From assembly GCF_000981445.1 (NCBI RefSeq), contig NC_027218.1, positions 1,922,001-1,986,000 of the forward strand: a stretch of 64,000 bases of DNA, written 5' to 3'. The stretch is from Babesia bigemina. Lineage: Eukaryota. Shown here one piece after another: positions 10,101-19,188 of the stretch. Positions within the stretch are counted from its first letter, which is position 1. Every line of letters starts with the position of its first letter. The position numbers and the translations under genes are program-made. The notes under the pieces were generated by a model. The model was not told the DNA's origin, did not search any database, and was given only the letters and a program-made list of their open reading frames with translations.

Positions 10101-12302
10101 GTTCCTGCTCCACCTGTTAGCTACCATCCCAGTCGTGAGAATAGGTTGGGTATGATTCCACCGGTCGAAGCAGTTCAATCTACGAAGTCACATGTGTCTG
10201 ATGTGATAGGAATGCCTACAGCCTCGATCGCCGTTCCTGCTCCACCTGTTAGTTACCATCCCAGTCGTGAGAATAGGTTGGGTATGATTCCACCTCCTGT
10301 AGAAGAGAATCCGTCGACAAACGATCAACGAGATTCTACGTTGAAGCCTGACGATATATCTGTTGGTGGAAGTGTAATACCTATGATGCCGTTCCCAGGC
10401 GTGTATAACATTGAGTTGAGCTTACCACAGAAACCTAAAGTTCAGGTTATTCCTAACCCTAAGCAACGTTCTCCATTGCCACCTATCGCGCTTTCCGAAT
10501 ATTCTGGTCACCATTACTATATTCCATCTAAATACCCATTCATAGCAACCGTTGACGACCAAACAGTTGAGAAAATGTTGAATGTAACCGGTACCTCAAA
10601 TAAACTGCAGACGGCTCAAATTGTCGGTGATAGTAACGTAGCGACGTTGTCGACACCGGAACTCACAGGCAACATTATTTCTGCTTTCAAACAAGATCCT
10701 CGCACGTCACGTTTTCCACCAACTTCGAAACCTTATGGAGATGATGATGATGCTTCGGTAGAATACGCATCAGCCGTTACATTTAACGACAATATCATGA
10801 AAACAATGGCTGGTGTAGCCGGTCACCCGGTTGTTGGTACTAACGGGCAAGTGGATATATCCCAGATTCCGACTGCCATTTCGCTAGACGCCGGAGACAT
10901 ACACCATCTGGAAGGACAAGAAATAGAGGATAGTTTCACAATGAAGCGCCAAGAGCAGGATCTCCTAAATTTTCAAAATGAGGAGCTGAAACAAGGTTCG
11001 CAAAATGCACAACGTGAACGTGAATTGTTAGCGCTTAAACAAGAATCAGATCACATAAACGAAGAACAAAAAAAATTAATGCAAGCTGCACAAGTAGACG
11101 CTGATCGCATACGTGCGTTCAAGGATTCACAGTTTGACATTTCTAGTGCCCCTCTACGTGTTGATGAAATGCAATTTGACATCCAAATAGACGTCCCAAA
11201 ACGTCCACTACAGGATTCGTCATATGACATAGACCTAGATGACCCTTATGCCAACACGGCGGATATCCTTAAAGACGAGTTAAAACCTTCAGACGACGAA
11301 GGCTTCTCAGGCCTGCCTAACACTAATTTCGATCTGAACTTTGCGCCGGAACGTATCGGGCTTGACGGCTATGAAGATCCCGGGATGCCTAGTGACTCTC
11401 CACGGAAGGCAAGTGAACGTGTAATTAACCCATTTAGCACAGATGAATGTCTTAACCCCTGGTCCGTTGACACTTCCACTTCCTCCACCGATACAATTCA
11501 ACCACCTACCTCCCCTCCCCCAGCCTCCGACCATCTGCCCCCGCCTCGAACCGTCCGGGAAATGCTCTACTGGTTCGTGGGATTGAATACATATGGATAT
11601 ATTGGTATTATTACGCAGCATATCAAGAGCATTCTGAAGCGTTTTAAAAATGATGCCATCGAGGTCACCCTGGAACCTTACACCCTAGATGCTTCCCATG
11701 TCGCCGACAAACTGACCGAGGCGTGTCTCTACTCTGCCACCGTTATCTACAAAATAAAACATACAAACGTTTCAGATGCTTTTAAAGACTTTTTCAAGGA
11801 CAAGGAAAAATATGCTTATTACTATTCCCCCGACCCCGCCTGTCTCCTCTGCCAGCTGCGTGACTACGTCTACGCCTGCCACCACCAATTGCAGTTCCTC
11901 AAGGCGCAGTGTAAGCGGGACAAACTAAGTGGTGGTTGGCAAGATTGTAAGTACGGCAGTGACATCAAGACGCCATCTCCCCTCCAGGCGTTCCTGACTG
12001 ATGACTGGGACTCTAAGTTCAAAACTCACCCCTTCGACCCGTGCAACCTGTGCCTAAAGAGCAGAGTCAGGATGGGATTTAAGAAGGACGATTTGCCTAA
12101 AATATCGCAACAGGGAAGTGTCCTTTCCAATATACTCACTCCCAGCTGCGGCGGTGAGGGCGACGGGGACGATGATGTAAGGGGCGGGGAGTGTTATAGT
12201 CACCTCGCTGCCCATTTGATTGATCATCAGTGCAATCATCACTTTGTCTACAACATTAGATGTCAGTTGCCAGTTGGGTTATTGCGATCAGCTGCGCAGT
12301 AG
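7134..12302 (+). CDS. ves/VESA1-like gene B, 3'-truncated/chimeric (possible pseudogene)
   Basis: Starts MAKSNVPTFKTLKECLEFLQWL, homologous to the gene C N-terminus. It carries the same conserved C-domain, but homology ends abruptly after ILTPSCGG (~12157). The TM and tail are missing and the frame reads through unrelated antisense sequence. Confidence 0.7.
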   Translation: MAKSNVPTFKTLKECLEFLQWLHTDKGMQYRVTRRLVRLLEKKYITYNTKDVESALSTFLRSVSTFHEKLCNRAGQGNYNLGKATHALYALLQCIPKFLSVMYFMRYQVDEKFGAVGGGGWKNDWTGWGALGPNFESRGGELDKYLYERAGEAYGVIPGGFDKGGKEVKYRGGYFQGRDMASDLINICDKKIGQLFRDVFVTSVLSKTSGVDVSNVANALRVVRDFCGIFEDSTNEEEFKSHVQSRDKCINWNELKKHCLTLKEKISKLFTDNRFSFTGYGRKYEFFDKSIDKRMASWLKKNLSGMKNNLEKIKPFSGVIRFNSRTFQKGKPLPPGYTEAFKMYFTDNFFRYGFTFFGNTYDTRNAPYDVLQTDWDSVIGDLRKDNGDLDELKKILDGTPCPIKEKRKDKESESGPKPMTGPEPEPEPEPEPGFESESESESESEYSEEAKSLKKSRVEAPPAKVPETPKEVVPEKKVAAPKKPEVPLEINSAGNQNQGKKAESAQNQGKKAEGNQNQGNDHSVANTSISPVSQAVRTQSSSVQSPDSGSPGATGPSSGPGPGGQADVSDAGQPGVQKAQANGDANGTASNTPGAGSVGDVGNGGSGGPGHQGENPQVPVDNCPSSKGFMKIKLWRDGGTYCVRQADYNEQEKRNKKWDEQQREYDKRMEQIRIEEQEAQQKQEVNQGRKDARAYRKEVVNDQRETLESMERKPQQIHDQYPSELRQMQQEQLLALEGSVITNTKPRAHMDVDKVYRHTLSDVDGRMISDTDRAVVAFYGDEFGRGEIPPVEAVPSTKSHVSDVIGMPTASIAVPAPPVSYHPSRENRLGMIPPVEAVPSTKSHVSDVIGMPTASIAVPAPPVSYHPSRENRLGMIPPVEAVPSTKSHVSDVIGMPTASIVVPAPPVSYHPSRENRLGMIPPVEAVPSTKSHVSDVIGMPTASIAVPAPPVSYHPSRENRLGMIPPVEAVPSTKSHVSDVIGMPTASIVVPAPPVSYHPSRENRLGMIPPVEAVQSTKSHVSDVIGMPTASIAVPAPPVSYHPSRENRLGMIPPPVEENPSTNDQRDSTLKPDDISVGGSVIPMMPFPGVYNIELSLPQKPKVQVIPNPKQRSPLPPIALSEYSGHHYYIPSKYPFIATVDDQTVEKMLNVTGTSNKLQTAQIVGDSNVATLSTPELTGNIISAFKQDPRTSRFPPTSKPYGDDDDASVEYASAVTFNDNIMKTMAGVAGHPVVGTNGQVDISQIPTAISLDAGDIHHLEGQEIEDSFTMKRQEQDLLNFQNEELKQGSQNAQRERELLALKQESDHINEEQKKLMQAAQVDADRIRAFKDSQFDISSAPLRVDEMQFDIQIDVPKRPLQDSSYDIDLDDPYANTADILKDELKPSDDEGFSGLPNTNFDLNFAPERIGLDGYEDPGMPSDSPRKASERVINPFSTDECLNPWSVDTSTSSTDTIQPPTSPPPASDHLPPPRTVREMLYWFVGLNTYGYIGIITQHIKSILKRFKNDAIEVTLEPYTLDASHVADKLTEACLYSATVIYKIKHTNVSDAFKDFFKDKEKYAYYYSPDPACLLCQLRDYVYACHHQLQFLKAQCKRDKLSGGWQDCKYGSDIKTPSPLQAFLTDDWDSKFKTHPFDPCNLCLKSRVRMGFKKDDLPKISQQGSVLSNILTPSCGGEGDGDDDVRGGECYSHLAAHLIDHQCNHHFVYNIRCQLPVGLLRSAAQ
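8395..8470 (+). repeat. Coding microsatellites (PE)n and (ES)n
   Basis: cctgaa-like hexamers followed by (tctgag)n, encoding PEPEPEPEPEP and ESESESESESE. Confidence 0.85.
9495..10294 (+). repeat. Coding tandem array of 6 x 132 bp (44 aa)
   Basis: The unit IPPVEAVPSTKSHVSDVIGMPTASIAVPAPPVSYHPSRENRLGM starts at 9495, 9627, 9759, 9891, 10023 and 10155, and the copies are almost identical. Confidence 0.95.
12155..12215 (-). pseudogene. Truncated copy of the TM micro-ORF (MGSEVTITLPAPYIIVPVAL...) cut by the gene B junction
   Basis: Homologous to 6381-6440 and preceded by the same aactggcaactgacat...gttgtagaca spacer. Homology stops at ~12155. Confidence 0.6.
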
Positions 12303-12758
12303 GTACCGCACCCTGTGGAACGGCCAGATGCGGAAGTAGATCATGACGCAGATGACGATGATGATGAGGGCGACGGCGGCGATGATGTAAGGGATGGGGG
12401 TGGAGGAAGCGGTGGTAGACTGTTGATTGTCGGCGCGCTGGTGAAGACTGCGGACAGAGGAGGAACCAGAGGCAGAGTCGGCACCGGAGGAACTGCGAGA
12501 AGGCTGTGGACTGAGGGAAGTTTTGGAACGGGAAGTGGAATAACGATGCACTTGACAACAGTTACATAGACATGTATCTTTGTTACACTCTTTACATCTC
12601 TCATCTTTGCAATCCGAAAACCCGCCTCTGAGCGAAGACGACGAACTGAGACATGGGAGACAATTCTTTGTCTTACATTTCGCACAACACCAGTGACAGC
12701 AAAGACAGGTAGGCTCCTTACATTGTTTCTGACAATGACACTTCAACCAACCCCCCAT
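12288..12758 (-). CDS. Small Cys/Lys-rich single-pass membrane protein (156 aa), paralog of 5706..6269
   Basis: CHCQKQCKEPTCLCCHWCCAKC..., Ser-rich linker, TM PYIIAAVALIIIVICVMIYF and tail RIWPFHRVRYLLRS. It has the same leader and ATG context as 5706. Confidence 0.75.
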   Translation of the reverse strand: MGGWLKCHCQKQCKEPTCLCCHWCCAKCKTKNCLPCLSSSSSLRGGFSDCKDERCKECNKDTCLCNCCQVHRYSTSRSKTSLSPQPSRSSSGADSASGSSSVRSLHQRADNQQSTTASSTPIPYIIAAVALIIIVICVMIYFRIWPFHRVRYLLRS

Positions 12759-13626
12759 CTTCCCGCTCCCCTCGCAGTCCCCTCAACCTGCAAACATATC
12801 AATCACTTAAGCAACGCACTCACCAACTGCAACACGTACCACTGCCGCTCCCAGTCCCCTCAGCCTGCGAACTATCAATCACTCAAGCAACGAAGTCACC
12901 AACCACTCATCAACACGCACCGCAGCAAGGGCACTGACCGTCTCCCATCGGCGCTACGGTAGCAGCAAGATGATGACCATACAGTGCACCGCCACTCACA
13001 TCACAACTATGCAGCTATTACAACTGAAGTACAACCAAGCTAAAGCATGTCGATACCATCCAGGCCGTGGCATGCAGGTTAACCAGTGCCAGATGGGCAG
13101 CCAACTGCATCCATCACGCGCCGTACAGCGTTGGCGCAGCCGCTTCTGAATGTCATCACATTTGTGACATGAGTGCCTATGTGAGGCACATTGATTGGTT
13201 AATACGTTCCTCATGTTCGCCGTTACGATCCATGCAACGCAGCCACGCTGTCCACTGTCCATCACGTAAAAGACGCAGCAGCTTCCATTGCCTAAAGACT
13301 CACATTGCCTAGACTACAACTACTAGCTCGGCAACAACATAGCAACTCACCTACTATGGCCATCGCCAATTGCCTACGTTGACGACCAATCACCCAGTTT
13401 TACAGCACTGGCCAGGTGAGATGCCGTAGACATCTCTCACAGGTGACTCACAACTCAGCTTACCGGATTCAGCCATCTCTTAAGTGGGCTACATGAGCCT
13501 GATTATGCCTGCAAGTAGTCACTCTTTTCACACCATGGTGCCATATATGCTGCAGAAACACGACTCATCACTAATGCAGCACAACCTATTGCAATGTGAA
13601 TGAATACATTACTGCGATAACTACTA

Positions 13627-16600
13627 TTAGAAACTAAGTTGACCAATGGGGTCCTCGTCGAAGTAGTCGACGTCCTTGTAAAGTGAAAGCATCTTCCGGC
13701 CTTTGGTGAGTAAGGCCTTGACGTCGATGACGTGAGATGCCTTGGTGCGGATAAGGTGTGATCGGATGTAGAGCACGTCCAGGCGATATAGCATCGTGTT
13801 GGCGAAGATGAGTAATGCTGTGGACCACAGTGCTACGAAAGTGAAGATGAACGGCTCCCGGATGTTGTAGAGGAAATCGTCCATGGCAGTCATGAGTGAT
13901 GCGATAGGCTTGCCGTTGACAATTTCCTTCAGTATACTCATAACATCATAGCACTTGACTGTCGACTGCGATTGACCCTCCGGCGGCGTGAACCCGTGAG
14001 TGTAGAGGAGGGGCAGCGCAGTGGAACACAGGTAGAGGGATGTGCACTTGCCGCTGCCAAGATGCTTTTGCAAATCATAGTGCAGCTTTTGAAGTGACTC
14101 CCACAGCCTGTCCGGCAGGTACACCGTCCAGCTGAGGTAGGTGTGGGCGAAGCTCTGGGAGTACAGGGCGTAGGCCCGGTACGTGATGGGAGACATACGT
14201 GGATGGCAGTTGTCAGGGTCACTGCTGCAGCCGACCAGTGTGTACAGGGTACGGGGATGCTCATTGCTGTGGTTGGAGTTGGACTTCTGGTTGAGGGACT
14301 CGGAGCCTCGGATGCCCTTGACAGCTTGGAGGTCGGAGGCACCTAGACGGTCCCAGTCGGGGCAGTCTACATGGGAAGTGAAGAGTGCTGTTCCAACTGA
14401 GGAAAGTGCTTTCTGATCATAATCGTGCAGCTCATTACCGAAATGATGGAAGAAGGACACAAGCTCCCCGGTGGTGCGCGGCGTCCGCCTGGTGAGGCAG
14501 TTGAGGTAGGAGGACAGTGTCAGCAGGGGGTCATCACCGCCGCAGCTGGGAGTGAGGATGGTGGAAATGACACTGCCCTGCTTCGATATCTTAGGCAGAT
14601 CTTCATCCCTGAATCCCATTCTCACCCTGCTCTTGAGGCACAGGTTGCAAGGGTCGAAGAGGTGCGTCTCGAAGTCGGAGTCCCAGTCGTCAGTCAGGAA
14701 CGCCTGGAGGGGGGAGTTGAGAGAAGTTATGTCGCTGCCGTACTCATCATTTTTCCAACCACCACTTAGTTTATCCCGATTACACTGCGACTTGAGGAAC
14801 TCCAACTGGTAGTGGCAGGCGTACACGTAGTCACGCAGCTGGCAGAGGAGAGCGCAGCAATCAGGCTCCTGGGATATGGTGGAAGAGTTAGGCTTCACGA
14901 TTCTTGATGACACGTTTGCCTTCCAGTTAGGTGCAATGGAATTTAGCACAGAACCTGCAAACATGGTGGTAAGTTGGAGTATGTCGAAGACATCATTGGG
15001 TCGGACATAAGAACCGTTGACTAAGAGAGCAAGCTGTGAAGGGTCACTCTGCGAACCACCAAATGCCTTGTTAAAACATTCTGTGAGAGTGCTATGATGT
15101 TTTGGGTTCCTAAGTCCAGCCAGCCACTGAAGCATATCTCTGACGGTGCGCGGGGCCTCGGCGGGGAACAGCTCCGTGTCGGGGATATCGGTGGAGTCTC
15201 CGATTTCTGCCTGAGTCATCCACGGCGCAGTGCACATACTGACAGATTGCGCATCGTGCGTATATGGATCCACGTACCTGTTTGGGAGGGACTCCGGAGC
15301 GTCGATTGGTTCTATGTCGAGATTGATGGCGGCGGTGACTGGGTCTATTAGGTCCAGGGGTTGTAGTTTTGGGAGAAAGGGAGGGTCTATGTTTATGTGA
15401 TAAGAATCGTCTTGGATTGTACGGTCGGGGACGTGGATTTGGATATCTAAATAATTGGGATCGTTTTCATTTTGAGTCGTATCACGGTCTGCGCGTTCGA
15501 CGAGAACTTTAGGGGGAATTGGTAATATGTTTGCCGAAGACAATTCATGATTGTTATGGAATTGAAATGACAATGTTGTAGGCGTAAAGTCAGGATTGGT
15601 AGGGTCATTTGGATTGCGTTCTGGCGGCTTAGCAATTTCGAATTTATCATCAAACTGGTCTAAAAATGGATCTAAACCTATGCCTGCTGTCGGAATGGGA
15701 CCCGATTCCAAGCTTAAGTCAGCATTCTGCGTTGCGTTTGCAGTGTCCATTCCGTTGTGGTTGTAATCAGCAGGGTTTCGCGGTGCCGTAATTTCGAGAG
15801 AGACAGGAGGGATTGACATTCTGGATATACTCTCCGCAAATGAGTGGTCAGGCATATCTGAAGCAGTCTGTATATGTTGAGGGAGATAAAAATCAAAATT
15901 ACCAACGGAGTCATCACGCTTTGGATGAGAAATGAAAACGTCGCCGCCACTAAAAACGTCATTATAAAATTTTTTTTTACCATGTTCCTGCTGATTTTTA
16001 TATTCCACTGCATCCTTGTATTCATTTAACTCGGCAGATTCAACCAACTTTTGAATTCTTTCATCAGTAAGCTTTCTATTAGCAAGAATATTCTGTCTAG
16101 CGATTCTTTGCATATTTATACCATGTGCTTGTTTTTTCATAACGGAATCATCCTTTATAACGTCACCATCGAAACCTAACGCAACTGACAGCCGTTTCGC
16201 ATTATCTTTTTTCGTCTGTTCCAAAGATCGGAGTGTGTCTGCTACATATTGTTCATGTTGCTCTTGTAATGCTTTGGCGCGATTTTCATCAAGTTTCTGC
16301 TTATTTTCCAATCGCGATATTCTGTACTTACGCTCTCGTTCCATTTTTCGTTGTTCCTCTTCAAATTGATGTTCCAGGCCTTCAATGCGCTTAGCGAAAT
16401 AGGAATCACGGGACGATTCATGCGAAACATCGACGCCATCGAGAGCTAGATCTGGTGTTCCAGTTTGTACAGCCAAACGTGGATTCATATTCAAATCTTT
16501 CGGCGCATAGTACTGACGACGCCTCCAATTTTGGAGATCAGCATTCAACTTTTTTTGCTGTTTTTGCTGTTTTTCGGCTAATCGTTGTCTGCCCCTTTTT

Positions 16601-19188
16601 AATGCTGCTTCCATATCATCACATTTCTTTTTATGTTCAGCTTTATAAGCATCCAACTGCTTTTTCTTTTCATCTTCATCAGAATTGTGACCAGCATTTG
16701 GTGTACCCCCCGTGCCACTTGAGCTTGAATTTGCAGCGGTTGACGCCGTGTTACTGACATTTATACCTGCATGAGGTGCTTGATTACCATGTTGAGTGAT
16801 GCCAGGAGTGGACGCCTGGACCCCCGTGCCCTGACCATTGCTGGTAACAGGGACGTTGGATGACGGAGCGCCTGGGGGTGGAACACCTGGAGCCTGAGGT
16901 GGAGCTGGGGTTTTAGAGGCAACAGGCTGCGTACCTTTAGAATCACTGCCCTGTCCCCCCAGCCCATTACCACCTGATTGACCAGCGCCAGGAAGACCCT
17001 TACCACCACTGGAACCAGTTGACTGAGTGACTTGGTTCGTGGCACTTGAAGGCTGAGTGGTAACACTCTGTGAAGTGACGACAGGCTTTTGACCTTTCTT
17101 ACCACTGCCCTGTGAACCCCGCCCATTACCACCTTGTGGACCAGCGGCGGGAGGACCCTGACCACTCCTGGTAACAACGACACTGGATGACGAGGAGCCT
17201 GGAGATTGAACACTTGTCGACTGAGATTTCCCAGGAGATGTGGATCCACCAGGCTTTCGACCCGCACCATCACCGCCATTTTGACTCCCACCCCCGCCAC
17301 CCGGCTGACTAGTGGAGCTAGGGCCTGCAGGAGCACTGGGGGCAGGGGCTGGAGGGGGAGGCGCTGGTTGAGGTTGAGATGGAGGCTGTTGCTTAACATT
17401 ATTTTTAGGTGGAGATTTTGTAGACCCGGTACTAGAAGAGCCTTGCGGGCCTTGATTACCTTTAGGCCCTGCCTGCCCTGGCGCTCCTGCACCACCGGAA
17501 GGAGGAGATGGAGAATCCTTGCCTGGTGGACTTTGAGCATTTTTTCTATTTTGACCATAATTTTGATTTTGAGGTGCATTATTACTGCTTCCTTGGTTCT
17601 GCGCTCCTTTCCCTGCAGTGCCTTGATTTGGAGTTCCGTCACCATTTTTAACCTGAGGTGCCGTAGCTTGTGTTTTAGTGGCAGCTGGCATCGGTGGGTC
17701 GGCTTTCGTCGACCCTTTTTGGGTGGCCTCGGTTTTAGTTGCAACGGGGTTTGCAGATTCGCTCTTCGTGGGACTTTCAAGCGACGCTTCAGGTTGTTGA
17801 GGTAGAGGTCCCGAATGTTTATTATCCGGCATGACTTGGGCAGGCTCTGGAAGGGCGGGTTCAGGCCGGGGTCGGGGTCGTGGCCGAGGCCTAGGCCTAG
17901 GCCTAGGCCTCTGTGCAGAGGGTTGAGTCGGTGGGGCTGGGTTTTTAACTTTATCTTGTGGACAATTGTCACCATCCAAAATTTTCTTAAGCTTATGAAG
18001 TCCGCCATCGTCGTCTCGAAGAGAATCAATTACGCCATTCCAATTTCGCAGCAGAGTTTTCGCATTCATTTTCCATTTTTCATGATGTTGAAAACCAAAA
18101 ATGAATCCATAGGGAAAGAAATGTTCCGTAAAGTAGGCCCCAAGTCCATCGGTAGGTCTATGGTCATCGACATGTAAAGTCGTACTAATATTCTTCAAAT
18201 TCGTTCGCACTGCCTCCAAATTACCTCTCAACCAATCTGCTGTTTTCGTCGCAAAATCCCTCGTCTTAAGCAATGAAGTGGGCAGTGATTGACCGGTGTG
18301 ATTAAAAGTTTTATCAGTGAATAATGTGTTTATTTGAAATTGTTTAAGTTTCGAACAATGCTGTTTCAATTGACCCCAATTTATGCATTTTCCAGGACGT
18401 TTAATTTGTAAATCGGTATTCAAAGTTTTTATTAAATCTCCGCCGTCAGTAGATTTTTCGGCATTCACTAAATCGCAAAAAGTTCCGACCAAACCAATAG
18501 CGTTTGCGGTGTTAGGAATCTTGACGCCATAATTTTGGGACAATACCGACGTGGAGAATACGTGGCGGAAAAAATTGTCATTTTGCTTTTTCACAATATT
18601 GGTAAGGTCGATGGCCATGTTGAAACCCTGAGGATAAGCAGAATAATCATAATATCGCAGTTCTCTATCAACTTTACCGAATCCGCCAGGTATTATTCCA
18701 CCGTTGTCAGAGCCTGATCGATCATATAGATACTTATCAAGATCACCGCCACTATTAGGGTACCAGTAGCTCTCGCTGAACGCCCCAGGCCAGTCATACT
18801 CCCAACCTCCGCCGCCAAGTTTCGAAAAGTTCGGATTTATGCAATACTCCAAAAAATACATCGCGGAGAGGAACTTAGGGAGGCATTCTAAAAGGGCATC
18901 GACAATTTCTATCACATTGGCGTTACTTTTGATTGAGTTGGAAGAGCTTACTGCTTGTTTAGGAATTTCCTGCTTCACCAATTTTTTATAGAATTTATTT
19001 ACGTTGGACACGAAAGTTGACAACGCCGTTTGCATTTTACTTTTGTCAGCATTATTATAATAGTTACTGATACGATTATGTAATTGCGCTGCAATCTCGG
19101 CGTGCTTTTTGTTTTCGGTGTTCAACCAATAAAAAAATATAAGGCAGTCCCTGAGACTTCTGAAATAAAATTTGTTGGCCGACGCCAT
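13627..19188 (-). CDS. ves/VESA1-like gene C (complete, ~1850 aa)
   Basis: ATG at 19188 (MASANKFYFRSLRDCLIFFYWL). N-domain like gene B, then a low-complexity middle with (RP)n and a coiled-coil-like region. The C-domain, TM and tail are nearly identical to gene A. Confidence 0.85.
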   Translation of the reverse strand: MASANKFYFRSLRDCLIFFYWLNTENKKHAEIAAQLHNRISNYYNNADKSKMQTALSTFVSNVNKFYKKLVKQEIPKQAVSSSNSIKSNANVIEIVDALLECLPKFLSAMYFLEYCINPNFSKLGGGGWEYDWPGAFSESYWYPNSGGDLDKYLYDRSGSDNGGIIPGGFGKVDRELRYYDYSAYPQGFNMAIDLTNIVKKQNDNFFRHVFSTSVLSQNYGVKIPNTANAIGLVGTFCDLVNAEKSTDGGDLIKTLNTDLQIKRPGKCINWGQLKQHCSKLKQFQINTLFTDKTFNHTGQSLPTSLLKTRDFATKTADWLRGNLEAVRTNLKNISTTLHVDDHRPTDGLGAYFTEHFFPYGFIFGFQHHEKWKMNAKTLLRNWNGVIDSLRDDDGGLHKLKKILDGDNCPQDKVKNPAPPTQPSAQRPRPRPRPRPRPRPRPEPALPEPAQVMPDNKHSGPLPQQPEASLESPTKSESANPVATKTEATQKGSTKADPPMPAATKTQATAPQVKNGDGTPNQGTAGKGAQNQGSSNNAPQNQNYGQNRKNAQSPPGKDSPSPPSGGAGAPGQAGPKGNQGPQGSSSTGSTKSPPKNNVKQQPPSQPQPAPPPPAPAPSAPAGPSSTSQPGGGGGSQNGGDGAGRKPGGSTSPGKSQSTSVQSPGSSSSSVVVTRSGQGPPAAGPQGGNGRGSQGSGKKGQKPVVTSQSVTTQPSSATNQVTQSTGSSGGKGLPGAGQSGGNGLGGQGSDSKGTQPVASKTPAPPQAPGVPPPGAPSSNVPVTSNGQGTGVQASTPGITQHGNQAPHAGINVSNTASTAANSSSSGTGGTPNAGHNSDEDEKKKQLDAYKAEHKKKCDDMEAALKRGRQRLAEKQQKQQKKLNADLQNWRRRQYYAPKDLNMNPRLAVQTGTPDLALDGVDVSHESSRDSYFAKRIEGLEHQFEEEQRKMERERKYRISRLENKQKLDENRAKALQEQHEQYVADTLRSLEQTKKDNAKRLSVALGFDGDVIKDDSVMKKQAHGINMQRIARQNILANRKLTDERIQKLVESAELNEYKDAVEYKNQQEHGKKKFYNDVFSGGDVFISHPKRDDSVGNFDFYLPQHIQTASDMPDHSFAESISRMSIPPVSLEITAPRNPADYNHNGMDTANATQNADLSLESGPIPTAGIGLDPFLDQFDDKFEIAKPPERNPNDPTNPDFTPTTLSFQFHNNHELSSANILPIPPKVLVERADRDTTQNENDPNYLDIQIHVPDRTIQDDSYHINIDPPFLPKLQPLDLIDPVTAAINLDIEPIDAPESLPNRYVDPYTHDAQSVSMCTAPWMTQAEIGDSTDIPDTELFPAEAPRTVRDMLQWLAGLRNPKHHSTLTECFNKAFGGSQSDPSQLALLVNGSYVRPNDVFDILQLTTMFAGSVLNSIAPNWKANVSSRIVKPNSSTISQEPDCCALLCQLRDYVYACHYQLEFLKSQCNRDKLSGGWKNDEYGSDITSLNSPLQAFLTDDWDSDFETHLFDPCNLCLKSRVRMGFRDEDLPKISKQGSVISTILTPSCGGDDPLLTLSSYLNCLTRRTPRTTGELVSFFHHFGNELHDYDQKALSSVGTALFTSHVDCPDWDRLGASDLQAVKGIRGSESLNQKSNSNHSNEHPRTLYTLVGCSSDPDNCHPRMSPITYRAYALYSQSFAHTYLSWTVYLPDRLWESLQKLHYDLQKHLGSGKCTSLYLCSTALPLLYTHGFTPPEGQSQSTVKCYDVMSILKEIVNGKPIASLMTAMDDFLYNIREPFIFTFVALWSTALLIFANTMLYRLDVLYIRSHLIRTKASHVIDVKALLTKGRKMLSLYKDVDYFDEDPIGQLSF

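Noticed and set aside
9495..10294. CRISPR-like appearance of regular repeats
   Set aside because: Contiguous in-frame coding repeats with no unique spacers and no cas genes, in a eukaryotic genome.
4771..13627. Inverted repeats flanking gene B read as a transposon with terminal inverted repeats
   Set aside because: No transposase or RT and no target-site duplication. The repeats are paralogous gene cassettes.
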